Of a stretch of 64,000 bases of DNA, positions 19,290 through 28,284 are shown one piece after another; positions within the stretch are counted from its first letter, which is position 1, and each line of letters opens with the position of its first letter. The stretch lies in the NCBI GenBank assembly GCA_965652295.1, contig CBFGTS010000011.1:32001-96000 (forward strand), read 5' to 3'. This DNA is from an uncultured Haloferula sp. Lineage in GTDB: Bacteria; Verrucomicrobiota; Verrucomicrobiia; Verrucomicrobiales; Akkermansiaceae. The position numbers were made by a program, and so were the translations under genes. The notes beneath the pieces are model-generated. The model worked only from the letters and a program-made list of their open reading frames with translations, was not told the origin of the DNA and did no database searches.

Positions 19290-22200
19290 TCAGATCGAGC
19301 GGATCATGGCGATCGCCTCATCGAGCATCCTTTTCGGCTCCGTCGCGGTGAGGCGAGGGAAGCGTTTGCCTTCCAGGAAGAGGTAGTCGCCGTTGCGGTG
19401 GATCATGAGGCGCTGGCCCTGGATTTCCACCGAGGCGATGCCGACGTGGGCGGCGAGGAGGCGGAGGCGGGTGACGTCGAGGAGGTTGAGGACGGGTTGT
19501 GGCAGGCGGCCGAAGCGATCGGTCCAACGTTGGATCAAGGCGTCGAGTTCGCGTTCGTTGGCGGCTTCGGAAAGTTCGCGGAAGGCGGAGACCCGGAGCT
19601 GGGTGTCCTCAAGCCAGGCGGCCGGGAGATAGGCGGGCAGGCCTTTCGTCGGTGCCGCGAGATGCGCGGCTTCACGGACGACCAGGAAATCGGCCTTGAA
19701 GGCGCATTCATGGCGGTGGATGGCCTGCTTTCCGCGGAGCCGATCGACGGACTGGCGGAGCAGCCGGCAGTAGAGGTCAAACCCGATGGCGGCGATCTGG
19801 CCGGACTGCCGCGTGCCTAACAAGTTGCCGGCACCGCGGATTTCGAGGTCGCGCATGGCGATGCGGAAGCCGGAGCCGAGGGCGGTGTATTGCTTGATGG
19901 CGTGGATGCGTTTCCGTGCATCGCCGGTGGTCAGCATTTCCCGAGGCAGGAGGAGGATGGCGTAGGCCTTCTCACCGGCGCGGCCGACGCGGCCGCGGAG
20001 CTGATAGAGGTCGGCGAGACCGAAGCGATCGGCGCGGTCGATGAGGATGGTATTGGCATTGGGGATATCGATGCCGGTCTCGATGATGGTGGTGGCCAGC
20101 AGGACGTCGGCCTCGCCATTGACGAAAGCGCGCATGACAAGCTCGAGTTCGTCTTTCTCCATCTGCCCGTGGCCCACCAGAATGCGGGCCTCGGGGACCA
20201 GCTCGGCGAGGCGGTTGCGGACCATCTCGATGGATTTGACCCGGTTGTGGAGAAAGAAGACCTGCCCGCCGCGGGCCAGCTCGCGGCGGATGGCCTCGCG
20301 GATGACGCGCTCATCGTAGGGCGTGACGGTGGTGTGGACCGGGACGCGGTTGGGCGGCGGGGTATCGATGGTGGACATGTCGCGCGCGCCCATCAGCGCC
20401 ATGTAAAGCGTGCGCGGGATGGGCGTGGCGGAGAGCGTGAGGACGTCGATCTGCCGGAACATCTCCTTGAAGCGCTCCTTGTGTTTCACGCCGAAGCGCT
20501 GCTCTTCATCGACGACGGCGAGGCCGAGGTCCTTGAAGGCGATGTCGGAGGAAAGCAGGCGGTGGGTGCCGATGACGATGTCGACCGAGCCATTGGCGAG
20601 GCCCTCCACCGTGGCGCGGGATTCGGCGGCGGTACGGAAGCGGTTGAGGAGATCGATGCGGATCGGATAATCGGACATCCGCTCGCGGAAGGTGCGCCAG
20701 TGCTGCTCGGCAAGCACGGTGGTAGGGCAGAGGATGGCGACTTGTTTGCCGCCGGTGACGGCCTTGAAGGCGGCGCGGATGGCGACCTCGGTTTTGCCGA
20801 ATCCGACATCGCCGCAGACGAGACGGTCCATCGGCTTGGCCGACTCCATGTCGCGCTTGGCCTCGCCGATCGCACGGAGCTGATCCGGTGTCTCGGTGTA
20901 GTGGAAGGACTGCTCGAATTCCCACATCCAACGCGAGTCGGCGGGGTGGGCGAAGCCTTCGTTCGTCTGTCGCTCGGCCTGGACGCGGAGCAGTCGCGCG
21001 GCGTAGTCGAGGATCGCGTCCTCGGCCTGTTTGCGGACTTTTTTCCACGCGGTGCCGCCGAGTTTCGACAGCTCCGGATCCTTTCCTCCGAGCCCGACGT
21101 AGCGCCCGACGAGGTGGGCCTGGTCGATGGGCACCGCGAGCGAGGCACCATCGCGGTATTCGATCAGCAACTCCTCGCTCTCCTCGTTACTACGGATCCC
21201 GGAGAAGCGGCCGATGCCGTATTCGCTGTGGACGACGAGGTCGCCGTCGTTGATCTCCTCCAGCGAAGCCTTGGCTTCGGCGGCCCGGCGGCTGGTGCGG
21301 GTGACGAGAGGAGCGGTGGTGCGGTAGCGGCCGAAGATTTCAGCCGAGGAAAGGATGGCGACCTTGGCGGTGGGGACGGTGAAGGATTCCATCAACTCGC
21401 CGGTGAGCGTCTCAAAGTGACGGTCGGAGCCGGCGGGGAGGAGCTCGATGAAGCGGACGGCCTCGCCTTGGTTGGCGAAGACGATGGCGATCTGCCAGCC
21501 ATCGCGATCCCAGCGGGCGAGTTGCTGGACGAAAGCGTCGCGGCGGATTTCCTCCAGAACGAAGTCGCCTGCCTCGAAGCGTCCGAACGGCTCGGCGTGG
21601 CAGGCGGTGGAAAAGTCCTCTTCGCGGCCGGGATCGGCGGGCTGCGGGGTGATGACCACGGCGGCGTCGCTCTGCGCGGGGTCTTCGGTCAGCTCGATGA
21701 CGAGATCGCCGGGCCGGAGGTAGTCGCCGACCGTGCCGGCCATTTCGGGGTCGGCCAGGGCGAATTCGGCGCGGTCGAGCTTGCGGGCGGAGGTCTGGGA
21801 ATCGAGGTCGAACTCGCGGATCGATTCGATGTCGGTATCGAAAAATTCGATGCGGAGAGGCATCGGGACGTGCCAGGGAAAGACATCGAGGATGCCGCCG
21901 CGGACGGCGAACTGGCCGCGCCCCTGGACCAGCGGAGCGCGCTCGAAGCCCTCGGCGGCAAGCTGGTCGATGAGCCGCGCGGGATCGAGCGGATCACCGC
22001 GTTTCAGCACCACTCGGGAAGCGGAAAGCTCGCCGGGCGGCGGTGCGGGGTGATCGAAGGCATCGGGGGCGGCGAGGACGACGCAGCGTTGGGCACGGTG
22101 GATGAAACCGAGGGCGTCGATGCGTTCGGCGGCGGCCTCCGGGTCGGGGGCTTCGTCGCCCTGGATGCCGAGGATCGGGTCGGGAAGGATGCGGACACGG

Positions 22201-22445
22201 ACGCCCCAGAGCCGGAACTCGGCGGCCAGACGTTCGCGGTTTTTGGGCGAGGGATCGAGGATCCAGGCGCGGTCGCGGGGAGTGGGGTGGCCAAGAATCA
22301 GGGCGATCAGCCAGGCGCGGGCGGCGGGATCGACGTGATCGAACACAGTGCGTCCTCCGCCAGCGGCCACGGCGGCCAGGCGTTGGGCGAAGTCGGGCTG
22401 GTCGGCGGCGGGGCGCAGCCAGCGATCAGGCGCCGGGGAAGGCAC
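19290..22445 (-). CDS. mfd: Transcription-repair coupling factor
   Basis: UvrB-like region, CarD-like RID, GDVGFGKT, DEEQRFG, QLRGRVGR, TRCF C-terminus; probable GTG start at 22445. Confidence 0.95.
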   Translation of the reverse strand: MPSPAPDRWLRPAADQPDFAQRLAAVAAGGGRTVFDHVDPAARAWLIALILGHPTPRDRAWILDPSPKNRERLAAEFRLWGVRVRILPDPILGIQGDEAPDPEAAAERIDALGFIHRAQRCVVLAAPDAFDHPAPPPGELSASRVVLKRGDPLDPARLIDQLAAEGFERAPLVQGRGQFAVRGGILDVFPWHVPMPLRIEFFDTDIESIREFDLDSQTSARKLDRAEFALADPEMAGTVGDYLRPGDLVIELTEDPAQSDAAVVITPQPADPGREEDFSTACHAEPFGRFEAGDFVLEEIRRDAFVQQLARWDRDGWQIAIVFANQGEAVRFIELLPAGSDRHFETLTGELMESFTVPTAKVAILSSAEIFGRYRTTAPLVTRTSRRAAEAKASLEEINDGDLVVHSEYGIGRFSGIRSNEESEELLIEYRDGASLAVPIDQAHLVGRYVGLGGKDPELSKLGGTAWKKVRKQAEDAILDYAARLLRVQAERQTNEGFAHPADSRWMWEFEQSFHYTETPDQLRAIGEAKRDMESAKPMDRLVCGDVGFGKTEVAIRAAFKAVTGGKQVAILCPTTVLAEQHWRTFRERMSDYPIRIDLLNRFRTAAESRATVEGLANGSVDIVIGTHRLLSSDIAFKDLGLAVVDEEQRFGVKHKERFKEMFRQIDVLTLSATPIPRTLYMALMGARDMSTIDTPPPNRVPVHTTVTPYDERVIREAIRRELARGGQVFFLHNRVKSIEMVRNRLAELVPEARILVGHGQMEKDELELVMRAFVNGEADVLLATTIIETGIDIPNANTILIDRADRFGLADLYQLRGRVGRAGEKAYAILLLPREMLTTGDARKRIHAIKQYTALGSGFRIAMRDLEIRGAGNLLGTRQSGQIAAIGFDLYCRLLRQSVDRLRGKQAIHRHECAFKADFLVVREAAHLAAPTKGLPAYLPAAWLEDTQLRVSAFRELSEAANERELDALIQRWTDRFGRLPQPVLNLLDVTRLRLLAAHVGIASVEIQGQRLMIHRNGDYLFLEGKRFPRLTATEPKRMLDEAIAMIRSI

Positions 22446-22553
22446 GGGGCGGAAGGTGGGGGCGGTGCGGAGCTTTGGCAAGAAGCCGCGTCGGAGGGAT
22501 GCCGGATTTGATGGCTTTGCCTGCGGACGAGTGCGTGTTATCTCACGACCCGT

Positions 22554-23288
22554 ATGCGTTGGCACCTTCTCCTTCTCCTCGTTGCGGCGGCCGTTTTGAC
22601 CCAGTGCAACCAAGTCGGGCCACCCCCTGGCTTCAGCGACGTAAGTGTTCCGATTTTCGGGAGCACCACGACCTCGGCCAGCGTTGCCCAGGTTCAGAGG
22701 GGCGGGGTCGACGGCCTCCGGCGATCGATCAACCTGAGGGTCGACCTCGTCCCCAGGGGCACCCACGGCCGGCGCGTGGTGCGGCCGATGACGCCGCGCT
22801 ACATCACGATTCATTCCACCCAGAACTTCAGTGCGGACGCGGAGCGCCATGCGTTGGCCCTGAAGCGCGGTGCGCTGCGGGCTCCGAAGCGGGCGGGGGG
22901 AAACCGGATCGGCTACCTGATCTGGCATTTCACGGTGGATGACAACAGCGCCGTGCAGCACATGCCGACCAACGAGCAGGGAGAACACGCGGATTTCAAC
23001 GGACCGGGAAACAACTACTCGATCGGCATCGAGATGTGTGAGGAACGCGGCAGCAGTCTCCGGTCCACCATCGATCGCACGGCGCGGCTCACGGCCTATC
23101 TCATGCACCGCCACGGAATTCCGGCGAGCCGGATCGTACCCCACTATCACTGGCCGCGTCGCGGGGTGAGCCAGCCGCACAAAAACTGCCCCCACTTTCT
23201 TTTGGACAACGGTCGTCCCGGCCGGAAATGGCGGGAGTTCCAGAAACTCTGCCAGCGCTACTACGACACCGCCAAGGCGCAGGGATGA
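22554..23288 (+). CDS. N-acetylmuramoyl-L-alanine amidase (Amidase_2), probable lipoprotein
   Basis: ITIHST, WHFTVDD, HA, SIGIEMC, HKNCP; signal peptide ending VLTQC. Confidence 0.88.
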   Translation: MRWHLLLLLVAAAVLTQCNQVGPPPGFSDVSVPIFGSTTTSASVAQVQRGGVDGLRRSINLRVDLVPRGTHGRRVVRPMTPRYITIHSTQNFSADAERHALALKRGALRAPKRAGGNRIGYLIWHFTVDDNSAVQHMPTNEQGEHADFNGPGNNYSIGIEMCEERGSSLRSTIDRTARLTAYLMHRHGIPASRIVPHYHWPRRGVSQPHKNCPHFLLDNGRPGRKWREFQKLCQRYYDTAKAQG

Positions 23289-23686
23289 GCGGGGCCTTCG
23301 GAAGTCCGGGAAACACCGGGGTGTGGCTCGATCCTGAGACCTACTACGTTTGTCAGAGATGCACCGCCTGCTGCCGCTGGCCGGGCGACGTGCGTCTGGA
23401 GGACGAGGAGATTCCGCGGATTGCGGCGTTCCTCGGCCTCGGAGAAAGCGAATTCATCGACCACTTCACCCGTCTGCGGACGAATCGCACCGGGCTTTCC
23501 CTGATCGAAAGGGAAAACCACGAATGTGTGATGCTGGAGGAGGGCGGCTGCCGGATCCACGAGGTCAAGCCCTCCCAATGTGCCGGTTTCCCCAACAAGT
23601 GGAATTTCCCTGGCTGGCGTCAGGTCTGCGAGGCCAAGCCGATCCCAATGGCCGAGGCGCGGGCGCGCGGATGGGTGGGGGAGTGA
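23285..23686 (+). CDS. YkgJ-family CxxCxxCC metal-cluster protein
   Basis: CQRCTACC...CVML...CRIHEVKPSQCAGFP; ATGA overlap with the amidase stop. Confidence 0.88.
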   Translation: MSGAFGSPGNTGVWLDPETYYVCQRCTACCRWPGDVRLEDEEIPRIAAFLGLGESEFIDHFTRLRTNRTGLSLIERENHECVMLEEGGCRIHEVKPSQCAGFPNKWNFPGWRQVCEAKPIPMAEARARGWVGE

Positions 23687-23699
23687 AAGGCCGGAGGGC

Positions 23700-24770
23700 T
23701 TAGAAGTCGGTGCCGGTCTTCAGCTCAAGGTAGCAGCGCGCCGCGGCGACCCGGTTCTCGACATTGAGCCGTTGGAAAATCGCCTCCATGTGCTTTTCCA
23801 CGGTGCGCGGGCTGATGCCGAGAATGGTGGCGACCTCCCAGCTCGTCTTGCCTTCCGCGATCCATTCCATGATCTCGCACTGACGCGCGGTGAGCACGAG
23901 CCGGGTGCGGTCTTCACCTTGTTTGCGGGTTTGGGCGACGGTGAAGAGGTAGAACTGCTTCGTCGCGTTGGGGAGGACGTAGAAGGTCGCGGGTCCGGCA
24001 CCGAGGTCCAACTCCAGCGCCTGGAACCTCGCCCGCAAGGGATCCTGCCACGAACTTTCGACCCTTGAGAGAATCCGTCGCAGGTCTTCGTCGTCGATCT
24101 GGCGAAACGCCTCGTCGGCAGGCCAATGGGCCTCCACGAAGCGGATCGCCTCGTAGTTCACGGGCATCACGCCGCCGTCCTGCTTCATCGAAAACGCCAT
24201 CACCGGGCCGGCACCGCTCTGGGTGGTGAAAAAGTTGTGCACCTCACGTTCGACGTTCTGGCCGGCGAGGCGGTGGCACAGGGTTCGAGCGGCATAGATG
24301 ACGATGTTGAAGCGTTCGATCGCTTCCTCGCTGAATTGAGACTCGGCCCGGTGGATGACGAGTAGCGCGCTACGCCGGCTCCAGGAAAACAGCGTCCCCA
24401 TGAGGGTGTCCGAAACCACGCCCTTGCCGTGCATTTCGCGAACGAAGCGGCTCTCGCGATACTCCGAGATGTTGGTCTCCCTGCTTACGGCCCAGCCGAG
24501 TTCTTCGGACGAGGGTTTCAGGATCCGGTGGCTGAGAGGATGCTCCTCAAGGAGTTCGTTGAGCTTCTGAAGGGTTTCCGCTCCGTTGCCCCCGACCTGG
24601 GCGAGGGTGCGGATCACTTCCACTCTCCGATTGTCGAAGAGCTGATAAACCACCGCATCATGCCCCTCCACCAGCCGGGGCAGCTCGGCCATGATCCACC
24701 CGCAAAGCTCCTCGAAAGACGAGGCGTTCCTCATTTTCGCCAGCAGATGGAATGTGGATTCTCCGAGCAC
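23700..24770 (-). CDS. LuxR-type C-terminal HTH regulator with an unrecognised N-terminal sensor
   Basis: LTARQCEIMEWIAEGKTSWEVATILGISPRTVEKH. Confidence 0.85.
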   Translation of the reverse strand: MLGESTFHLLAKMRNASSFEELCGWIMAELPRLVEGHDAVVYQLFDNRRVEVIRTLAQVGGNGAETLQKLNELLEEHPLSHRILKPSSEELGWAVSRETNISEYRESRFVREMHGKGVVSDTLMGTLFSWSRRSALLVIHRAESQFSEEAIERFNIVIYAARTLCHRLAGQNVEREVHNFFTTQSGAGPVMAFSMKQDGGVMPVNYEAIRFVEAHWPADEAFRQIDDEDLRRILSRVESSWQDPLRARFQALELDLGAGPATFYVLPNATKQFYLFTVAQTRKQGEDRTRLVLTARQCEIMEWIAEGKTSWEVATILGISPRTVEKHMEAIFQRLNVENRVAAARCYLELKTGTDF

Positions 24771-24898
24771 GTAAATTTACGGGTTGTCCACGCGTACATT
24801 CCCATAATTTCTACGTTTTATCCAGCTCGATCTCGCGTTTCTCAGGGGCGCTCTTTGGGCGTTGCCCTCGCTTCACCTGCCTCTTAGCTTCGCTCCGG

Positions 24899-26932
24899 AT
24901 GTGGTTCCCCTCCTCAATCGCCCGGATCGCGGTGTTCTCGTTGCTGACACTGCCGGTCTCCGCGCAGGAAAGCCCCGCCGGCCCCGCCGCCGCGGCTTCG
25001 GCGGATGACGCCTCGATCTTCAGTCGCAAGGACGCGCGGACGCTCCAGCTTGAGATTCCGGCACCGCGCGGACCCATTCTGGATCGCGAGGGCTTTCCGC
25101 TGGCGCAGAACCGGGTGGTTTACCGGCTGGCGGTCCAGTATGAGCAGTTTGTCGACGAGTCCCGCGAAGCGGTCGTGAAATGGGGCCGGGAGCGAGTGGA
25201 AGCGGCGAAAAAGCTGTTATCGTCGGTCCAGGAACCCACGGACGAGGAGCTTTTCCAGCACTACCGGCATCGCCGGTGGTTGCCGTTGCCGGTGTCTCCC
25301 ACGCTCGAGGTCTCGGAGGCGGAGGAGGTGGAGAAAAAGCTCTCCCGTGGCATTGAGCTGCAGGCGATCTACGAGCGCTACTACCCGGAGCGCGAGGTGG
25401 CGGCCCACATCGTGGGCTACACCGGGGAAGAGGGGAAACTTCCCAAGGGGCCGATCAACCTCAACGATCCGTTGTGGGAGAAATCCGAAGGACGCTCCGG
25501 GTTTGAGAAGATCTTCAACGAGGAGCTGACCGGCACTTCCGCGACCTTGCGGATGGTTTTCAACGAAAAGGGGGAGATGCTTCTGCGCGAGCAGCGGGGG
25601 CAGCCCCGCACGGGCGGGGCGGTGGTTTCGACGCTGAACCTGCGGTGGCAGAAGCGGGCGGAGGAGGTGCTCGACGAGTATGCCCGGCGGGGCGCGTTCG
25701 TGGTGATCGATGTGGCGACCGGTGAGGTCCTGGTGATGGCGTCGAACCCGAGCTTCGACCTCAACAAGTGGATTCCGGGAATCAGCCACGAGGACTATCA
25801 GGAGCTTCGGGAAAGCCCCGACAAACCTCTCTACGCGCGGGCTTTCCAAGGAGGTTATCCGCCGGCGTCGTCGTTCAAGCCGGTGATCGCCCTGGCGGCG
25901 CTCAACAACGGAACCATCCATCGGGATACGGCCTTCCACTGCCCCGCTTTCATCACCTACGGCAACCACCGTTTGTGGAACCACAACCGCCGGGCGATGG
26001 GCGACCTTTCGGTCATCCAGGCTCTCAAATGGTCGAACAACCCGTGGTTCGCGCAGGTGGGGAACCGGGTAGGTTCCAGCGAGTTCTTCTCGCTTGCCCG
26101 CCGCCTCGGCTACGGTTCCGAAACCGGGCTGCCGCTCATCGGCGAGTCCGCGGGTTTCATTCCCACCGCCGAATGGGTGCGCGAAAACTACAAACGCCCG
26201 ATCACCGAGGGCGATGCCGCCAACTGGTCGATCGGCCAGGGCGCGGTGCTGGCGACGCCGCTTCAGGTGGCCCAAGGCATGGCGGGCATCGCCAACGGCG
26301 GCGTGCTGCCGAAGCTTCACCTCGTGATGCAGATCCAGGATGGTTACGGGCGGGTGATCCGCAGCGCCCAGCCGGAGCGCAGGAATTGGCTGAGCGTCGA
26401 TCCCGAGGCGGTCGCCATCGTCCAGGAAGGCATGCGCGAAGTCGTCGAGGGTGGCACGGGCCGGAGCGCCGGTCTGGGCTGGATCGATGTGTGCGGCAAA
26501 ACCGGTACGGGCCAGTGGGGCCCGGAAAGCAAGCGGCAGGGGGTGGCTTGGTTCGCCGGATTCATGCCGGCGGAGGAACCGCGTCTCGCCTTTGCCTGCC
26601 TCTACGAAGGACGGCCGGGACAGAGAGTCAGCGGCAGTGGCAACGCCGCACCGATGGTTCCGGCGTTCTTCAACAGCTTCCGCGAGGAGATCGAGGAAAT
26701 GTGCGAGCCCGCCCCGAAGGCGGTGTTGGTGGTGGATGAAGTCGAGGAGCAGGAGAAGACCGAGGGAATCCTGCGGGCACTGCCCGTGAGCCCGCTCGAT
26801 GAGGAACTTCTGGAGGAGGAGATGGAGGAGATCCCGCAGGCCCTTCCGGTGGATGAGGAGATCCCGGCGGCGATTCCAGTCGATGAGGAATCGCTTGAAA
26901 ATGAGCCGGCCTTCGAGCCGGAGATGGATTGA
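24899..26932 (+). CDS. Class B penicillin-binding transpeptidase (PBP2/MrdA-like)
   Basis: APRGPILDREG, SxxK (SSFK), SxN (SNN), KTG. Confidence 0.9.
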   Translation: MWFPSSIARIAVFSLLTLPVSAQESPAGPAAAASADDASIFSRKDARTLQLEIPAPRGPILDREGFPLAQNRVVYRLAVQYEQFVDESREAVVKWGRERVEAAKKLLSSVQEPTDEELFQHYRHRRWLPLPVSPTLEVSEAEEVEKKLSRGIELQAIYERYYPEREVAAHIVGYTGEEGKLPKGPINLNDPLWEKSEGRSGFEKIFNEELTGTSATLRMVFNEKGEMLLREQRGQPRTGGAVVSTLNLRWQKRAEEVLDEYARRGAFVVIDVATGEVLVMASNPSFDLNKWIPGISHEDYQELRESPDKPLYARAFQGGYPPASSFKPVIALAALNNGTIHRDTAFHCPAFITYGNHRLWNHNRRAMGDLSVIQALKWSNNPWFAQVGNRVGSSEFFSLARRLGYGSETGLPLIGESAGFIPTAEWVRENYKRPITEGDAANWSIGQGAVLATPLQVAQGMAGIANGGVLPKLHLVMQIQDGYGRVIRSAQPERRNWLSVDPEAVAIVQEGMREVVEGGTGRSAGLGWIDVCGKTGTGQWGPESKRQGVAWFAGFMPAEEPRLAFACLYEGRPGQRVSGSGNAAPMVPAFFNSFREEIEEMCEPAPKAVLVVDEVEEQEKTEGILRALPVSPLDEELLEEEMEEIPQALPVDEEIPAAIPVDEESLENEPAFEPEMD

Positions 26933-27050
26933 AGGGTGTGACGAAAATTGGCGGGTTCGGCGCTGGACGGCTCAAGGGGAAAACGTGAACTTCGCTCCCG
27001 TGTGTCCGCCGGGTGCGGACCCGGAACCCACATTTCCCAACCAAGACCTC

Positions 27051-27476
27051 ATGGATATTCAAATTGCGTCCCTTTGTGACTTCGCGGCTGACTACAACGG
27101 CAAGCTTGTCGTGAGCGGCACCTTCGACACCCTCGCCGCCCGCGCGCTGCCCGTGGCCCACCCGATGTGCGCCCTGGCCCTCCGTTTCTGCTTCACCCAG
27201 GAGGATGCCGGCCGCCACAAGCTCTCGATCAACATCATCAACGAAGACGGCGAGTCGCTCGACCCGCAGAACATGCCGATTGAGCCCGAGTTCGAAGTGC
27301 AACTGCCGCCGAACGTGCCCTTCCTGACCCGCAACCTCATCATGAACCTGCAAGGTCTGCGTTTCCCGGCCGCCGGCATCTATTCCGTCGACATCAGCTG
27401 CGATTCCGAGCTGATGATGCGCCTGCCGTTGCGGATCGTCCACGTCGAGCAACCGGCTGGCACGCCGCAGGGCTGA
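27051..27476 (+). CDS. Conserved hypothetical protein (DUF6941-like, from recall only)
   Basis: MDIQIASLCDFAADYNGKLVVSGTFD...; beta-rich, 141 aa. Confidence 0.7.
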   Translation: MDIQIASLCDFAADYNGKLVVSGTFDTLAARALPVAHPMCALALRFCFTQEDAGRHKLSINIINEDGESLDPQNMPIEPEFEVQLPPNVPFLTRNLIMNLQGLRFPAAGIYSVDISCDSELMMRLPLRIVHVEQPAGTPQG

Positions 27477-28273
27477 TGCCTTCGACGAAAACCTATGCCT
27501 GTGCCCTGGTGACCGGAGCCTCCTCCGGTCTCGGGGCCGAATTCGCCCGGCAACTCGCCGGGCGCTGTCGTTTTCTGGTCCTGACGGCGCGGCGGGAAAC
27601 GTTGCTGCAAGCGCTGGCGGACGAGTTGCGTGCGGCGAATCCGAACCTCGAAGTGGCCGTGGTAGCCGCCGACGTCACCGAACCCGCCGATCGCGAGCGG
27701 ATCCTGGAGGCGTGCGAGGGGCGGCCCCCCGAACTCCTCGTCAACAACGCCGGAATGGGCGACTACGGCGAGTTCGTTTCCTCGGACTGGTCGAAGATCG
27801 AAAGGATGCTGCGCCTCAACGTCGAGGCCCTCACGGCGATGTCGCACGTCGTCGCCCCGTGGATGGTCGCGAACGGCGGCGGCGACATCATTCAGGTCAG
27901 CTCGCTGGCCAGCCTGATGCCGATCCCGGACTTCGCGGTTTACGCTGCGACGAAAGCCTACGTCTCCAGTTTTTCCGAAGCCCTGCGGTTGGAACTCCGC
28001 GAGCACGGCATCCGCGTCACCGCCCTGTGTCCCGGACCGGTGCACACGGAGTTTGGAAACGTGGCCCGCCGGGGTGAGTCGAAGGATGAGAGCCCGTTCC
28101 GAACTTGGGCTTACGTTCATGCGACACAGGTGGTGGAGGAAGCCTTGGCGGGAGTGGAGAGCAACCGGCCGAGGGTTTACCCCGGGCTGAAGATCGCGGC
28201 CGCGGCAGTGGTGCTGGGATTGATTCCCCTCGGGCTCATGCGCCTCGCGATGTCCACTCGGCCGCGGAGATAA
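27476..28273 (+). CDS. SDR family oxidoreductase
   Basis: TGASSGLG, NNAG, YAATK. Confidence 0.93.
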   Translation: MPSTKTYACALVTGASSGLGAEFARQLAGRCRFLVLTARRETLLQALADELRAANPNLEVAVVAADVTEPADRERILEACEGRPPELLVNNAGMGDYGEFVSSDWSKIERMLRLNVEALTAMSHVVAPWMVANGGGDIIQVSSLASLMPIPDFAVYAATKAYVSSFSEALRLELREHGIRVTALCPGPVHTEFGNVARRGESKDESPFRTWAYVHATQVVEEALAGVESNRPRVYPGLKIAAAAVVLGLIPLGLMRLAMSTRPRR

Positions 28274-28284
28274 CTCCCGGCGAT

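Noticed and set aside
19890..22511. Long antisense ORFs (also 3140-5221, 14777-16099, 40253-42217, 49504-51093, 56346-57995)
   Set aside because: Shadow ORFs expected from high-GC codon bias opposite well-supported genes
22446..23195. Long N-terminal extension of Mfd
   Set aside because: It is the antisense of the amidase gene
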